In this document: positions 26,395 through 37,546 of the stretch, piece by piece
How positions within the stretch are numbered: the first letter of the stretch is position 1
Layout of the letters: each line of letters opens with the position of its first letter
Assembly (NCBI GenBank): GCA_902790595.1
Contig: CADASL010000007.1
Span: forward strand, 30,200 to 94,199
Direction of reading: 5' to 3'
Length of the DNA stretch: 64,000 nucleotides
Source of the DNA: an uncultured Bacteroidales bacterium
GTDB lineage: Bacteria; Bacteroidota; Bacteroidia; Bacteroidales; SZUA-534
The notes under the pieces: model-generated
The model's database searches: none
Told to the model about the DNA's origin: nothing
What the model saw: the letters and a program-made list of their open reading frames with translations, nothing else
Program-made: the position numbers and the translations under genes

Positions 26395-26786
26395 TGGAGC
26401 TGCCGGGATTTGAACCCGGGTCCAGACAAGGAAACCATGAGCTTTCTACACGCTTAGCTCTGACTTGGTTTTCGTGCGCCGGCCGGATCAAAGCCACCTA
26501 CCAACGCCTTATCCTCAAAATCTCACCCGCATTACGAGGCTAATGCGAGCCAGTCCCGAATTGCTGCACATCAGAATCGGCGAGCCTCAAGACAAGGGCT
26601 TCCGCGATGCGTCTTGTCCCAGCTCCTTGAGCTGGGATTAGGCCAATCTACTATACTTCGATTAGGCGGCAAGAGCGTAAGAATTTTCGCCAGTTATAGT
26701 TTTGTGTCCGGGATTTACGGGCCGGTTTCACTGCTCCCGACGTGCTTACCCACCACTTCATCTTGCTGTCAAATCCAATCAACCCC
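26395..26786 (-). ncRNA. ssrA: tmRNA (SsrA), tag peptide GENSYALAA
   Basis: On the minus strand, the 5' end GGGGTTGATTGGATTTGACAGC pairs with the 3' end CAGCTCCA (tRNA-Ala-like acceptor with a G-U pair), and GGATTTGAACCCGG forms the T arm. The resume/tag region GGCGAAAATTCTTACGCTCTTGCCGCCTAA encodes G-E-N-S-Y-A-L-A-A-stop. Confidence 0.9.
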
Positions 26787-26798
26787 AAAATGAACGCG

Positions 26799-26806
26799 CA
26801 AAAATA
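26799..26806 (-). promoter_or_regulatory. Candidate -7 promoter element (TATTTTTG) for ssrA
   Basis: TAnnTTTG match on the minus strand, 12 nt upstream of the tmRNA 5' GGGG. Confidence 0.5.
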
Positions 26807-26897
26807 CGTAAAAACTCCGTTGACGCAAAACGGCCCAAATAAATAAAACCGATTGTGCCGAAAAAGAGTTATATTGCCGAATAATTTTACTGCACGA

Positions 26898-27650
26898 ATG
26901 TTAGACAAAATCAAAGAGGAGAACATCCTTTTCATCGACATTGAGACTGTTGGGCAAGTTCCGTCGTACGACCAGCTCGATGAACGCACAAAAGATTTGT
27001 GGGCGAAAAAGATGGCCTGGGCTGTGGAGAAGGAGAACAAAACACCCGAGGAGCTTTACAAGAAGGCCGGAATACTGGCCGAATTTGGAAAAATCGTCTG
27101 CATATCGGCCGGATTCATTGTTACAGAGGATGGCGAACGGCATTTCCGCGTCAAATCGTTCTGCGGAAACAATGAAAAGATGATTCTGACGGCTTTTACA
27201 GCGCTTCTAAACAAACACTTCAACAAAGACAAGCATATGCTCTGCGCCCACAACGGCAAAGAATTCGATTTTCCTTACATCTGCCGCCGGTTACTGGTGA
27301 ATGGCCTGCCGATACCCAAAATTCTTGATTGTGCGGGTAAGAAACCGTGGGAAATAACAAATATCGATACTCTTGAGCTATGGCGATTCGGTGATTACAA
27401 ACACTACACATCGCTCGACCTGCTTGCAAGTATCTTCAACCTTCCGTCGCCCAAAGAGAATATGGACGGCAGTATGGTTGGGCGCGCGTTCTGGGATGAC
27501 CACAACATTGAAGGCATCAGCGAGTACTGCATCAACGATGTTGTCACCATCTGCCAGCTGCTGCTACGCTATAAAGGGCTGCCTATCATTCCCGAAACAA
27601 ACGTTGACGTGATTGAGCCTTTCATAACCGATGACCACGAAGGCGAATAA
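26898..27650 (+). CDS. DnaQ-like / RNase H-fold 3'-5' exonuclease domain protein
   Basis: ILFIDIETVG (ExoI-like DxE) and CAHNGKEFDFPYICRRL (ExoII-like) blocks. ATG at 26898. Confidence 0.7.
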   Translation: MLDKIKEENILFIDIETVGQVPSYDQLDERTKDLWAKKMAWAVEKENKTPEELYKKAGILAEFGKIVCISAGFIVTEDGERHFRVKSFCGNNEKMILTAFTALLNKHFNKDKHMLCAHNGKEFDFPYICRRLLVNGLPIPKILDCAGKKPWEITNIDTLELWRFGDYKHYTSLDLLASIFNLPSPKENMDGSMVGRAFWDDHNIEGISEYCINDVVTICQLLLRYKGLPIIPETNVDVIEPFITDDHEGE

Positions 27651-27677
27651 CCGCCGTTGACAGAAATAAACCAAAAC

Positions 27678-27706
27678 AAAAAAGGCCGCATAAGCGGCCT
27701 TTTTTG
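27678..27706. terminator. Bidirectional terminator (exonuclease gene / end of the alpha operon)
   Basis: A-run, AAAGGCCGC-ataa-GCGGCCTTT, then a T-run. Confidence 0.75.
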
Positions 27707-27725
27707 TTTTATCGGTAAGTGCGAC

Positions 27726-28238
27726 TTACTCTGCCTTATTTTCTTCAGCAGGAGCTGCAGCTTCTTCTTTAACCTCAACAGCGTCAGCAACAACCTCAGC
27801 GGCATCGGCTTTCTTCTTCGGAGCGCGACGACGACGAGTGCTTGACTTCTGTGCGGCACCCGATTCCTGAGTGTAAGTTGTGTTGAAGTCAACCAACTCC
27901 ATAATGCACATCTCAGCGCTGTCGCCAACACGTGTGCCAGTCTTCAGGATTCTTGTGTATCCGCCCGGGCGGTTTGCCACTTTCACTGCAACCTCGCGGA
28001 AGAGCTCAGCAACACCCTCTTTATTCTGAAGATAGCTGAACACAACGCGGCGTGAGTGAGTCGAGTCAACTTTTGACTTTGTGATCAGAGGCTCAACGTA
28101 CATTTTCAAAGCCTTTGCTTTGGCAACTGTTGTTTGAATACGTTTGTGCAGAATCAGTGAGTTAGCCATATTCGACAACATGGCATCTCTGTGCCCCTCT
28201 TGTCTGCCTAAATGATTAAAACTTTTATTGTGTCTCAT
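27726..28238 (-). CDS. rplQ: 50S ribosomal protein L17 (with K/A/E-rich C-terminal tail)
   Basis: [29 protein letters not shown]...; position after rpoA. Confidence 0.95.
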   Translation of the reverse strand: MRHNKSFNHLGRQEGHRDAMLSNMANSLILHKRIQTTVAKAKALKMYVEPLITKSKVDSTHSRRVVFSYLQNKEGVAELFREVAVKVANRPGGYTRILKTGTRVGDSAEMCIMELVDFNTTYTQESGAAQKSSTRRRRAPKKKADAAEVVADAVEVKEEAAAPAEENKAE

Positions 28239-28243
28239 CGTTA

Positions 28244-29236
28244 TTAATCTTTCTCAAGTTTATACTTACTGATGTCCATACCAAAGGTAAGGTTCATTGA
28301 ATCGAGCAAATCCTCCAACTCAGTCAACGACTTCTTGCCGAAGTTTCTGAACTTCAGCAAATCGTTCTTGTTGTAAGTGCAGAGGTCGCCCAAAGTCTCA
28401 ACATCGGCTGCCTTGAGGCAGTTGAGTGCTCTAACTGACAAGTCCATATCAATGAGTTTGGTCTTGAGCAGCTGGCGCATATGCAGAACTTCCTCGTCAA
28501 ACTCTTCTGTCTGATATTTCTCACCGGCGTCGAGAGTAATCTTCTCGTCAGAGAACAGCATAAAGTGATAGATGAGGATTTTTGCGGCCTCGTTCAATGC
28601 ATCCTTCGGAAGGATGGAACCATCTGTTTTAATTTCCAACACCAACTTTTCGTAGTCGGTTTTTTGTTCAACTCGGTAATTTTCAACCGCATACTTAACG
28701 TTTCTGATTGGAGTATGGATTGAATCTATGGCAATAACGCCGAATTCCGCATCGACAGGCATATTCTCGTCTGACGGGATGTAACCGCGTCCCTTGTTGA
28801 TAGTGATGTCCATTTGGAGCTTCACTGACGGGTCGAGACGGCAGATTACAAGCTCGGGGTTCAGAACCTCGAAACCACTCAGGAAACGCGAGATGTCGCC
28901 TGCGGTGAATGTCTCTTGCTCAGAAATTGAGATTGACACCTTCTCGTGGTCGATGTCCTCAATTTGCTGTTTGAACCTTACTTGTTTGAGGTTCAGAACT
29001 ATTTCTGTCACATCTTCCATTACACCGGGAATGGTCGAAAATTCGTGGTCAACACCTGCGATTTTTACTGTGGTGATAGCAAAACCTTCGAGTGACGACA
29101 ACAAAATGCGACGCAATGCGTTACCGATTGTCTGTCCGTAACCGGGCTCCAACGGGCGGAACTCGAACTTGCCGAACTTGGCGTCCTGTTCCAGCATTAT
29201 AACTCTGTCGGGCTTTTGAAAAGCTAAAATTGCCAT
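28244..29236 (-). CDS. rpoA: DNA-directed RNA polymerase subunit alpha
   Basis: [10 protein letters not shown]...[28 protein letters not shown]. Start at the internal ATG 29236. Confidence 0.95.
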   Translation of the reverse strand: MAILAFQKPDRVIMLEQDAKFGKFEFRPLEPGYGQTIGNALRRILLSSLEGFAITTVKIAGVDHEFSTIPGVMEDVTEIVLNLKQVRFKQQIEDIDHEKVSISISEQETFTAGDISRFLSGFEVLNPELVICRLDPSVKLQMDITINKGRGYIPSDENMPVDAEFGVIAIDSIHTPIRNVKYAVENYRVEQKTDYEKLVLEIKTDGSILPKDALNEAAKILIYHFMLFSDEKITLDAGEKYQTEEFDEEVLHMRQLLKTKLIDMDLSVRALNCLKAADVETLGDLCTYNKNDLLKFRNFGKKSLTELEDLLDSMNLTFGMDISKYKLEKD

Positions 29237-29246
29237 AATTAAATTA

Positions 29247-29855
29247 TTACTTAGAGTAAAGTTCAACAATCAATTGTTCCTCGATGTGCTCTGGGATGTC
29301 AGCTCTTTCAGGAACATTCAGGAATTTACCTGCAAGATTTGCGTTATCCCACTCCAACCACGAGTATTTGCTGTGGTTTGTTCCGGCAAGCGAGTTGGCA
29401 ATAACCTCAAGCGATTTCGATTTCTCGCGAACGCCGACAATGTCGCCAGACTTAACCAGGTACGACGGAATGTTAACCACATCACCGTTAACCACAATGT
29501 GCTTGTGCAGCACGAGCTGGCGTGCGGCGGCTCTTGTGGGGGCAATGCCCAAACGGTATACCACGTTGTCTAATCTCGACTCCAATAATTGCAAAAGAAC
29601 CTCACCCGTGATGCCCTTGCTGCGCTGAGCTTTGGCAAACAAGTTGGCAAACTGACGCTCGAGCACACCGTAAGTGTATTTGGCTTTCTGCTTCTCGCGC
29701 AACTGAGTGCCGTATTCTGAAGGTTTCTTTCTTTTGTTGTTCAGACCGTGCTGTCCGGGAGGAAAATTCTTGCGATCCAAGTACTTGTCTGAGCCGTAAA
29801 TGGGCTCGCCAAATTTTCTGGCAATTTTCGATTTTGGTCCAATGTATCTAGCCAT
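29247..29855 (-). CDS. rpsD: 30S ribosomal protein S4
   Basis: [21 protein letters not shown]...; start at 29855. Confidence 0.95.
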   Translation of the reverse strand: MARYIGPKSKIARKFGEPIYGSDKYLDRKNFPPGQHGLNNKRKKPSEYGTQLREKQKAKYTYGVLERQFANLFAKAQRSKGITGEVLLQLLESRLDNVVYRLGIAPTRAAARQLVLHKHIVVNGDVVNIPSYLVKSGDIVGVREKSKSLEVIANSLAGTNHSKYSWLEWDNANLAGKFLNVPERADIPEHIEEQLIVELYSK

Positions 29856-29882
29856 TTCTTTCTGTTTATTCAATTAGACTAA

Positions 29883-30272
29883 TTAAACGCGACGTCTCTT
29901 AGGCGGACGGCAACCATTGTGCGGAAGCGGAGTTACATCGATGATTTCGGTAACCTCGATTCCCAGATTATGAATAGACCTGATGGCTGATTCACGGCCA
30001 GTGCCGGGTCCTTTGACATATACCTTAGCCTTGCGCATACCTGCGTCGAACGCTACTTTTCCACAATCTTCGGCAGCTACCTGTGCGGCATACGGAGTGT
30101 TCTTCTTCGAACCTCTGAAGCCGTTTTTGCCAGCTGATGACCACGAAATTACTTGTCCTTCGCTGTTCGTTATCGAAATAATGATATTGTTAAACGAAGA
30201 ATGGATGTGAACTTCGCCCGAAGTTTCAACCTTTACGATTCTTTTTTTAGTAGTTTTTGACTTCTGTGCCAT
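29883..30272 (-). CDS. rpsK: 30S ribosomal protein S11
   Basis: ...[43 protein letters not shown]. Confidence 0.95.
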   Translation of the reverse strand: MAQKSKTTKKRIVKVETSGEVHIHSSFNNIIISITNSEGQVISWSSAGKNGFRGSKKNTPYAAQVAAEDCGKVAFDAGMRKAKVYVKGPGTGRESAIRSIHNLGIEVTEIIDVTPLPHNGCRPPKRRRV

Positions 30273-30285
30273 AATTAATTACCTA

Positions 30286-30660
30286 TTATTTTGTGGCTTT
30301 CTTTTTGTTAGCGACAGTTTTCTTCTTACCCTTGCGAGTACGAGCGTTGTTACGGGTATTCTGGCCGCGGACGGGCAATCCCAGACGGTGGCGGACACCA
30401 CGATAGCAACCAACATCCATCAGTCGCTTAATGTTCAATTGTATTTCAGAACGCAGTTCACCCTCGAGTTTGTACTCGCCGAGTATCTTGCGCAACGATG
30501 CAACTTCTGCATCAGTCCAATCATCCACTTTGGTATCATAACTAATACCAGCCTTGTCGAGAATATTTCTCGCACTGCTGCGTCCAATACCGAAAATGTA
30601 TGTCAGGCCTATTTCTCCTCTTTTGTTTTTTGGTAGATCTACACCAGCAAGACGTGCCAT
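30286..30660 (-). CDS. rpsM: 30S ribosomal protein S13
   Basis: [26 protein letters not shown]... Confidence 0.95.
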   Translation of the reverse strand: MARLAGVDLPKNKRGEIGLTYIFGIGRSSARNILDKAGISYDTKVDDWTDAEVASLRKILGEYKLEGELRSEIQLNIKRLMDVGCYRGVRHRLGLPVRGQNTRNNARTRKGKKKTVANKKKATK

Positions 30661-30698
30661 AATTACTTTAAAAATTTTTGAGTTGCAAAACTATTAAA

Positions 30699-30815
30699 TT
30701 ATCCTTGACGTTGTTTGAATTTCGGATTTTTTTTGTTAATCACATACAAACGTCCTTTACGGCGCACGATTTTGCAATCTGCGCTGCGCTTTTTGATTGA
30801 TGCTCTTACTTTCAT
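30699..30815 (-). CDS. rpmJ: 50S ribosomal protein L36
   Basis: Not in the ORF track (38 aa). Hand translation gives [38 protein letters not shown]. Confidence 0.9.
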   Translation of the reverse strand: MKVRASIKKRSADCKIVRRKGRLYVINKKNPKFKQRQG

Positions 30816-30827
30816 CTTTTTAGTCTT

Positions 30828-31046
30828 TTATTTGTACCTGAATGCGATACGTCCCTTAGTCAAATCGTAAGGCGACATCTCAACTTTTACTTTGTCACCA
30901 GGCAGAATCTTGATGTAATGCATCCGCATCTTGCCTGAAATGTGGGCGATGATTTCGAGCCCGTTTTCCAATTGCACGCGGAACATTGCGTTTGACAATG
31001 CCTCGATGATTGTACCATCTTGTTCTATTGAAGCCTGCTTGGCCAT
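30828..31046 (-). CDS. infA: Translation initiation factor IF-1
   Basis: [29 protein letters not shown]...[21 protein letters not shown]. Confidence 0.95.
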   Translation of the reverse strand: MAKQASIEQDGTIIEALSNAMFRVQLENGLEIIAHISGKMRMHYIKILPGDKVKVEMSPYDLTKGRIAFRYK

Positions 31047-31226
31047 AATCAATTTTTTGTTATTGTCCTAATCTTGTTCGGGACCCTTTGGCTTACATAT
31101 CAATTAACCGACAATTCCTTCCGGACGTCTCCCTGAACCCGCTGTGTTAAAGGTGCGCACCATTGTTTCAACGAATCCAATAATTGACTTTCTTCAAAGA
31201 GCAATTAGCATTTTGCAGCCTGAGGG

Positions 31227-32561
31227 CTACATGTTAGAACGCCCCTTGATTCGTCCGCTCTTCATCAATCCGTCGTAGTGACGCATCAACAAGTGGCTTT
31301 CGATTTGCTGGAGCGTGTCAAGAACTACACCAACCATAATCAGCAGAGACGTGCCGCCGTAGAAGTATGCGAAACTGCTCTGTACTCCCGCCATCATAGC
31401 AAATGCCGGCATAATGGCTACGAAAGCAAGGAATATTGATCCGGGCAGTGTGATCCTCGACATAACAGTGTCGAGGTACTCAACTGTTTTCTTTCCTGGT
31501 TTAACACCGGGAATGAAACCACCATTCTTCTTCATATCATCGGCCATCTGAGTTGGATTGATGATGATGGCTGTATAGAAATATGTGAAGAGAATGATCA
31601 AAAGTCCTACTGTCAGGTTGTACCAAAAGCCTGTGGGGTTCGAAAGTGCCGAAGCGATACCTGTTGCGGTCTCCGCATTCGAGAATCCAACCAAGACTAT
31701 TGGCAAGAACATAATCGCCTGGGCGAAGATGATTGGCATAACACCTGCAGCATTCACCTTGAGGGGAATATACTGGCGCACGCCGCCATACTGTTTGTTG
31801 CCTACAATCCGTTTTGCGTACTGTACGGGAATCTTGCGGGTTCCTTGTACAAGCAGAATGGTGAGCAGGATGACAACACCCAGGGCAATCATTTCAATCA
31901 GAAGCATTACCAGACCGCCTCCCTGCTGCTCGTTCAGGCGAGAGATGAGCTCAACCCAAATGGCCGACGGGAACCGGGCGATGATGCCTATCATGATAAT
32001 CAGTGAGATGCCGTTGCCTAATCCGCGGTCGGTGATGCGCTCGCCCAGCCACATCACAAACATTGTGCCTGCGGTGAGGATGAACATCGACGATACGGTG
32101 AAATAGGCGCCTTTAAGGATAAAGGCCGACTCCGGAAGTTGCGAATGGAGGTTGGCCAGATAACCGGGGCCCTGCAGGAACAGAATGGCGACGGTAAGGA
32201 TACGCGTAATCTGGTTGATTTTGCGACGTCCGCTCTCGCCTTCGCGCTGCAGTCTCTGGAAATATGGCACGGCCATTCCCAAAAGCTGAATTACGATTGA
32301 TGCGGAGATGTAGGGCATAATACCCAGAGCGAAAATCGACGCGTTCGAGAAGGCGCCGCCCGAGAACATATCCAACAAGCCCAAGATGCCGCTGGCGGTC
32401 TGGTCTTTCAGAGCCGAGAGCTGACTTGGGTCAATGCCCGGGAGCACAACCATGGTTCCCAACCTGTAAACAAGGATGAGCAACAGTGTGTTGAGAATCC
32501 TTGTCTTCAGATCGTCGATCTTCCAAATATTCTTTATTGTTTCAATTAATCTCTTCATCAA
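31227..32561 (-). CDS. secY: Preprotein translocase subunit SecY
   Basis: 444 aa, 10-TM pattern, ...GIMPYISASIVIQLL...; position after rplO. Confidence 0.95.
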   Translation of the reverse strand: MMKRLIETIKNIWKIDDLKTRILNTLLLILVYRLGTMVVLPGIDPSQLSALKDQTASGILGLLDMFSGGAFSNASIFALGIMPYISASIVIQLLGMAVPYFQRLQREGESGRRKINQITRILTVAILFLQGPGYLANLHSQLPESAFILKGAYFTVSSMFILTAGTMFVMWLGERITDRGLGNGISLIIMIGIIARFPSAIWVELISRLNEQQGGGLVMLLIEMIALGVVILLTILLVQGTRKIPVQYAKRIVGNKQYGGVRQYIPLKVNAAGVMPIIFAQAIMFLPIVLVGFSNAETATGIASALSNPTGFWYNLTVGLLIILFTYFYTAIIINPTQMADDMKKNGGFIPGVKPGKKTVEYLDTVMSRITLPGSIFLAFVAIMPAFAMMAGVQSSFAYFYGGTSLLIMVGVVLDTLQQIESHLLMRHYDGLMKSGRIKGRSNM

Positions 32562-32569
32562 CGTAGATA

Positions 32570-33016
32570 TTACAATGTTACAACTTTACCCTTCTGGGCT
32601 TCGATAGCCTCGATAGCTTTCTTTGAGAATGCATGAGCCTCAACTTCGAGCTGGAGACTCAACTTGCCGTTGCCCAGGATTTTCACCTTGTCGTTTGCCG
32701 AAACCAAACCGTTTGCCAACAAAGTGTCGACATCAATCTTAGTCAGGCCCTTAGCCTCAGCGATTTTCTGCAAATCGCCGACGTTGACTGCCTTGAACTC
32801 CTTGCGGTTGATATTCTTAAAACCAAATTTTGGCATACGGCGTTGCAGAGGCATCTGACCTCCCTCAAAGCCTACCTTCTTCGAATAACCCGAACGCGAT
32901 TTCGCGCCTTTGTGTCCGCGAGTCGACGTTCCGCCTTTGCCAGAGCCTGCGCCGCGGCCAATTCTCTTCGAAGATTTTACTGAGCCGGCTGCCGGCTTCA
33001 AATTACTTAAATCCAT
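32570..33016 (-). CDS. rplO: 50S ribosomal protein L15
   Basis: MDLSNLKPAAGSVKSSKRIGRGAGSGKGGTSTRGHKG. Confidence 0.95.
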   Translation of the reverse strand: MDLSNLKPAAGSVKSSKRIGRGAGSGKGGTSTRGHKGAKSRSGYSKKVGFEGGQMPLQRRMPKFGFKNINRKEFKAVNVGDLQKIAEAKGLTKIDVDTLLANGLVSANDKVKILGNGKLSLQLEVEAHAFSKKAIEAIEAQKGKVVTL

Positions 33017-33028
33017 AATAATGTCGTG

Positions 33029-33211
33029 TTACTTTATTTCTTCAAAAGAAACTAAATGTTTAACTGCATTTATCATACCAAGTATCTCCGGTTTAGCGTC
33101 ATGCTCAACAACTTGGTTCAATTTATGCAAACCTAAAGCCTCGAGTGTGGCAACTTGGCGCTTGTTGCTGCCAATTTTGCTCTTAATTTGTTTAATGCGG
33201 TATTTTGCCAT
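33029..33211 (-). CDS. rpmD: 50S ribosomal protein L30
   Basis: MAKYRIKQIKSKIGSNKRQVATLEALGL; operon position. Confidence 0.9.
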   Translation of the reverse strand: MAKYRIKQIKSKIGSNKRQVATLEALGLHKLNQVVEHDAKPEILGMINAVKHLVSFEEIK

Positions 33212-33216
33212 GACTA

Positions 33217-33729
33217 TTAACCTTTAAATACTTTTTCCATTGATATTCCGCGCTCGAAAGCAACTTCTTTGGCGTCGCGCATCTGCGAGAGTGCCTCGAT
33301 GGTCGCTTTCACAACGTTGTGCGGGTTCGACGAGCCTTTCGATTTTGCAAGGCAGTCTTTTACGCCCACGCTCTCCAATACGGCACGCATGGCACCACCG
33401 GCTTTAACTCCGGTACCGTGCGATGCAGGCGAGATGTAAACCTTTGCTCCGCCGAAAACCGACAATTGGTCGTGAGGAATGGTGCCGTTGATAAGCGGAA
33501 CCTTGATGAGGTTCTTCTTGGCATCCTCAACACCCTTGCTGATGGCGGTTGTTACTTCATTGGCTTTACCTAACCCGTAACCAACAACGCCGTCCTCGTT
33601 GCCAACAACGACAATTGCTGAGAAGGTGAAGGTACGGCCACCCTTGGTTACCTTGGTAACGCGGTTGATGGCGACCAAACGATCTTTCAATTCAAGATCT
33701 GTTGTTTTTATTCTTCTAACGTTTGACAT
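33217..33729 (-). CDS. rpsE: 30S ribosomal protein S5
   Basis: ...[33 protein letters not shown]. Confidence 0.95.
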   Translation of the reverse strand: MSNVRRIKTTDLELKDRLVAINRVTKVTKGGRTFTFSAIVVVGNEDGVVGYGLGKANEVTTAISKGVEDAKKNLIKVPLINGTIPHDQLSVFGGAKVYISPASHGTGVKAGGAMRAVLESVGVKDCLAKSKGSSNPHNVVKATIEALSQMRDAKEVAFERGISMEKVFKG

Positions 33730-33735
33730 AACTTA

Positions 33736-34092
33736 CTAAAATTTAAGTCCACCTTTACGGGCTGCGTCAGCCAAGGCTTTTACTCTACCATGATACAGGA
33801 ATCCGTTTCTGTCGAAAACAACTTCGCTGATTCCTTTCGACAAGGCAACTTTGGCAATCTCCTCGCCAACTTTCTCTGCCTTTTGTGTCTTTGTCTCTTT
33901 CAGGCCGGCAATTTCTTTGATGAGCGACGATGCCGATGCGAGCGTTACGCCCTTAACATCATCGATAATCTGAACCGAAATCTGCTTGTTGCTGCGGAAA
34001 ACAGTCATACGCGGTTTCTCTGCTGTGCCACTCACATTCTTGCGGATGCTAGCCTTAATCTTATTGCGTCTTTCTAATTTAAACGATGCCAT
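33736..34092 (-). CDS. rplR: 50S ribosomal protein L18
   Basis: ...[19 protein letters not shown]...[19 protein letters not shown]. Confidence 0.95.
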   Translation of the reverse strand: MASFKLERRNKIKASIRKNVSGTAEKPRMTVFRSNKQISVQIIDDVKGVTLASASSLIKEIAGLKETKTQKAEKVGEEIAKVALSKGISEVVFDRNGFLYHGRVKALADAARKGGLKF

Positions 34093-34109
34093 AATTCCTA
34101 ATTTTTAGA

Positions 34110-34664
34110 TTATTTACCAGCAGATTTACCAACTTTTCTGCGAATGTTCTCGCCGATGAACTTGATACCCTTGCCCTTATACGGCTCCGGCATACGGAAC
34201 GAGCGAATCTTAGCGGCAACCTGGCCGATAAGTTGCTTGTCGCAGCTCTCAAGTTTCAGAATCGGGTTGCTGCGTTTGTCGGTTTTAGCGTCAACCTTGA
34301 TTTCGGCTGGCAGCTCAAACATAATGCTGTGTGAATAGCCGAGGCTCATCTCGAGCATCTGGCCGTTCGACTCGGCACGGTAACCAACACCAACAAACTC
34401 CATCTCTAATTTGAACCCTTCAGAAACTCCCACTACCATGTTGTGAATCAAGGCGCGGTACAAACCGTGCATTGACTTGTGGGCGATCTCGTCATCCGGA
34501 CGCTCCAGTTTGACTGCAGTCGGCTCAACAATGACCTTGATGTCAGGGTTGACCTTCTGTGTCAAAGTTCCCTTGGGCCCTTTTACTACTACCACGTTGT
34601 CGCCGTCAACTGTGACGGTCACGCCAGCGGGTATAGCTACAGGTAATTTTCCAATACGTGACAT
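34110..34664 (-). CDS. rplF: 50S ribosomal protein L6
   Basis: MSRIGKLPVAIPAGVTVTV... Confidence 0.95.
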   Translation of the reverse strand: MSRIGKLPVAIPAGVTVTVDGDNVVVVKGPKGTLTQKVNPDIKVIVEPTAVKLERPDDEIAHKSMHGLYRALIHNMVVGVSEGFKLEMEFVGVGYRAESNGQMLEMSLGYSHSIMFELPAEIKVDAKTDKRSNPILKLESCDKQLIGQVAAKIRSFRMPEPYKGKGIKFIGENIRRKVGKSAGK

Positions 34665-34676
34665 TTTTTATAACTA

Positions 34677-35072
34677 TTAATATATGTAACACAAAACTTC
34701 GCCACCGAGGTTCTTTGCGCGAGCCTCTTTGTCCGACATAACACCTTGCGATGTTGAGATTACTGCAATGCCCAGGCCGTTCAAAACGCGCGGCATGTTC
34801 TCAACATTGGTGTACTTTCTCAAACCCGGACGGCTGATTCTCTCTAATTTTTTGATGACCGGTTGCTTTGTCTGCAAGTTGTACTTCAAGGCGATTTTGA
34901 TGATGCCTTTGTCCTTCTCGTCATCGAACTTGTAGTTGAGGATGTAACCGTTATCGTAAAGAATCTTGGTTATGCTCTTCTTCATATTCGACGAAGGTAT
35001 CTCGACAACCTTGCTTCTGGCCATTTGAGCGTTCCTTATGCGTGTAAGGAAGTCTGCTATTGGATCTGTCAT
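34677..35072 (-). CDS. rpsH: 30S ribosomal protein S8
   Basis: [18 protein letters not shown]... Confidence 0.95.
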   Translation of the reverse strand: MTDPIADFLTRIRNAQMARSKVVEIPSSNMKKSITKILYDNGYILNYKFDDEKDKGIIKIALKYNLQTKQPVIKKLERISRPGLRKYTNVENMPRVLNGLGIAVISTSQGVMSDKEARAKNLGGEVLCYIY

Positions 35073-35090
35073 TTTTCTTGAACTTTAATG

Positions 35091-35360
35091 TTACCAACTT
35101 GCTTTTTTAACACCCGGAATCAATCCTTTAAGCGCCATCTCACGGAATTGGATACGGCTGATACCGAATTGACGGATGTAGCCTTTCGGACGGCCGGTGA
35201 GAGAGCATCTGTTGTGCATGCGGACTGGCGATGCGTTTTTCGGCAGTTTCTGAAGTGCGATGTAGTCGCCCTCTGCCAGAAGTTTGGCGCGCTTGTCAGC
35301 ATATTTCTGAACTAATTTAGCCCTTTTCACTTCGCGGGCCTTCATTGACTCTTTTGCCAT
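35091..35360 (-). CDS. rpsN: 30S ribosomal protein S14
   Basis: [20 protein letters not shown]...[11 protein letters not shown]. Confidence 0.95.
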   Translation of the reverse strand: MAKESMKAREVKRAKLVQKYADKRAKLLAEGDYIALQKLPKNASPVRMHNRCSLTGRPKGYIRQFGISRIQFREMALKGLIPGVKKASW

Positions 35361-35363
35361 GGA

Positions 35364-35921
35364 CTAATTCTTTTTAAGGTTTTTAAATGGAATGCCGAAC
35401 TCTCTCAACAGTGCGTATCCCTCCTCATCGGTCTGGGCCGAAGTGACAAACGTGATGTCCATACCCAGCAGGGTGGTAATCTTGTCGATGTCGATTTCGG
35501 GGAATATGATTTGCTCTGTGATGCCAAGTGTGTAGTTTCCCTTGCCGTCGAGTTTGCTGTTGACGCCCTTGAAGTCGCGGATGCGGGGCAGTGCAACAAC
35601 AATCAGTCTCTCGAGGAACTCGTACATACGGTCTTTTCTCAAGGTTACTTTCACGCCAATCGGCATTTTCTTTCTCAACTTGAAGTTTGAAATGTCCTTA
35701 CGTGACAGGGTCTTCATAGCCTTCTGGCCCGTAATGGCTGTCAACTCCTCTGCAGCGGTGTCAATAATCTTCTTGTCGGCGATGGCCTTGCCTACACCTT
35801 GGTTGATGACTATCTTCTCAAGTTTTGGAACCTGCATTGGTGTGGTGTAGTTGAACTCTTTTGTCAGAGCCGGAACTATCACCTCTTTATACTTCTTGCG
35901 TAATTCTGGTACGTATTCCAT
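35364..35921 (-). CDS. rplE: 50S ribosomal protein L5
   Basis: ...[21 protein letters not shown]...; operon position. Confidence 0.95.
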   Translation of the reverse strand: MEYVPELRKKYKEVIVPALTKEFNYTTPMQVPKLEKIVINQGVGKAIADKKIIDTAAEELTAITGQKAMKTLSRKDISNFKLRKKMPIGVKVTLRKDRMYEFLERLIVVALPRIRDFKGVNSKLDGKGNYTLGITEQIIFPEIDIDKITTLLGMDITFVTSAQTDEEGYALLREFGIPFKNLKKN

Positions 35922-36244
35922 TATTTGATCTCCTCTCCAGATTTTTTAGAGTATCTTACTAATTTTCCGTTCTCACCTACTCTGCGTCCGGTGCGTGTCG
36001 GGTTGCCGGTAGCCGGCTCAACAAGCATCAGGTTCGAGATGTGTACGGGAGCTTCTTGCTTCACAATACCGCCCTGGGTATTCTTTGCGTTGGGCTTGGT
36101 GTGTTTCGACACCATATTGATGCCCTCAACTACAGCGCGTTGTTTTTCTACTTGCACGCTAAGGACTTTTCCTCTTTGTCCTTTAGACTCACCAGCGATA
36201 ACAACAACGGTGTCTCCTTTTTTGATATGCAATTTCGTTGCCAT
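35921..36244 (-). CDS. rplX: 50S ribosomal protein L24
   Basis: [24 protein letters not shown] (KOW motif). Confidence 0.95.
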   Translation of the reverse strand: MATKLHIKKGDTVVVIAGESKGQRGKVLSVQVEKQRAVVEGINMVSKHTKPNAKNTQGGIVKQEAPVHISNLMLVEPATGNPTRTGRRVGENGKLVRYSKKSGEEIK

Positions 36245-36260
36245 TTTTGTTACCTTTTAA

Positions 36261-36626
36261 TTATAATACTTCTGGTGCAAGAGAAACAATCTTCATGTAA
36301 TTGTCACGCAGCTCGCGGGCTACGGGACCGAAAATACGGGTTCCCCTGATTTCACCTGCATTGTTGAGTAATACACAGGCGTTGTCGTCGAAGCGGATGT
36401 ACGAGCCGTCGCTGCGGCGAATCTCCTTGGTGGTGCGTACAACCACAGCCTTGCTGACTGCGCCTTTTTTCACATCGCCGCCAGGCAGAGCCGTCTTAAC
36501 TGCCACAACAATGGTGTCACCGATTGTTGCGTAACGCTTTTTCGACCCGCCCAAAACATTGATGCACAAGACTGTCTTGGCACCACTGTTGTCGGCTACA
36601 CTTAATCTAGTCTCAGACTGTATCAT
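36261..36626 (-). CDS. rplN: 50S ribosomal protein L14
   Basis: [17 protein letters not shown]... Confidence 0.95.
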   Translation of the reverse strand: MIQSETRLSVADNSGAKTVLCINVLGGSKKRYATIGDTIVVAVKTALPGGDVKKGAVSKAVVVRTTKEIRRSDGSYIRFDDNACVLLNNAGEIRGTRIFGPVARELRDNYMKIVSLAPEVL

Positions 36627-36628
36627 GA

Positions 36629-36886
36629 CTACTTAGCTTTTTCAATGATTTCAACTAAACGCCAGTTCTTTGTTTTGCTCAAAGGTCTGGTTTCCATTAT
36701 CCTAACAGTATCACCTATGTTACACTCATTCTTTTCATCCTGAGCGTGCAACTTGGTAGTCTTATTGACAAATTTACCGTAAAGCGGGTGCTTTACCTTC
36801 CGTTTGATAGCAACCGTTATGGTCTTCTCCATTTTGTTGCTGACCACAACACCTATACGTTCCTTTCTCAAATTTCTAGTTTCCAT
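36629..36886 (-). CDS. rpsQ: 30S ribosomal protein S17
   Basis: ...[32 protein letters not shown]. Confidence 0.95.
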   Translation of the reverse strand: METRNLRKERIGVVVSNKMEKTITVAIKRKVKHPLYGKFVNKTTKLHAQDEKNECNIGDTVRIMETRPLSKTKNWRLVEIIEKAK

Positions 36887-36893
36887 CTGCCAA

Positions 36894-37094
36894 TTATTTA
36901 TTTTGGTTAATTTCTCTGGCTCTCAACTCGGTCAGCAACCGGGCAATGTCTTTCTTTGTCTCGCCAATCTTGTTGGTGTTGTCGAGCGGCGACACTGCGT
37001 GGTTCAGACGCATTTTGGTCAAGGCCTTCTTATTGTTCTCTATCTGCTCTTGGATTTCCAAGGTCGACAATTCTCTAACTTCTGAAGCTTTCAT
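36894..37094 (-). CDS. rpmC: 50S ribosomal protein L29
   Basis: [25 protein letters not shown]; operon position. Confidence 0.9.
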   Translation of the reverse strand: MKASEVRELSTLEIQEQIENNKKALTKMRLNHAVSPLDNTNKIGETKKDIARLLTELRAREINQNK

Positions 37095-37099
37095 TGCAA

Positions 37100-37528
37100 T
37101 TAAATTGTAGATTCAACAAAATCGTTACGAACAATAAATTTGGTCTTGATTGGCAATTTCTGCGCACCCAGACGCAAAGCTTCCTTTGCGATTTCGAATG
37201 GCACGCCTTCTGCTTCAATAAGTATGCGTCCCGGGGTAACCACGGCTGCGAAGCACTCAGGGTCTCCTTTACCTTTACCCATACGTACGTCGGCCGGCTT
37301 CTTGGTCACTACTTTGTCAGGAAATATCCTAATCCAAATTTGTCCCTCACGTTTCATATAACGAGTGACAGCCTGACGAGCTGCCTCGATTTGTCTTGCA
37401 GTAACCCAGCATTCTTCCAGAGCCTTGATACCAAAAGAGCCGAATGCCAACTCGTGTCCGCGGTGGGCGTTTCCTGTCGAACGGCCTTTTTGTACCCTTC
37501 TGTATTTAGTTTTCTTTGGCTGTAACAT
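37100..37528 (-). CDS. rplP: 50S ribosomal protein L16
   Basis: [16 protein letters not shown]... Confidence 0.95.
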   Translation of the reverse strand: MLQPKKTKYRRVQKGRSTGNAHRGHELAFGSFGIKALEECWVTARQIEAARQAVTRYMKREGQIWIRIFPDKVVTKKPADVRMGKGKGDPECFAAVVTPGRILIEAEGVPFEIAKEALRLGAQKLPIKTKFIVRNDFVESTI

Positions 37529-37546
37529 CTTAAACTGATTTATAGA

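Noticed and set aside
26221-26786. tRNA-Lys and tmRNA as classical integration hotspots. I looked for an adjacent integrase, duplicated tRNA/tmRNA 3' ends or a genomic island.
   Set aside because: There is no integrase and no second copy of either RNA's 3' end nearby. The neighbours are an exonuclease gene and glycoside hydrolase genes in normal arrangement.
26262-27040. ORF-track entries 26262-26543 (+), 26291-26497 (-) and 26651-27040 (-).
   Set aside because: They overlap tRNA-Lys and the tmRNA. The region is fully explained by those RNA genes, their promoters and their terminators.
31053-31226. Possible pseudogene remnant of map in the secY-infA spacer.
   Set aside because: I translated all three minus-strand frames by eye and none resembles methionine aminopeptidase. 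It is kept only as a low-interest synteny and structure observation.
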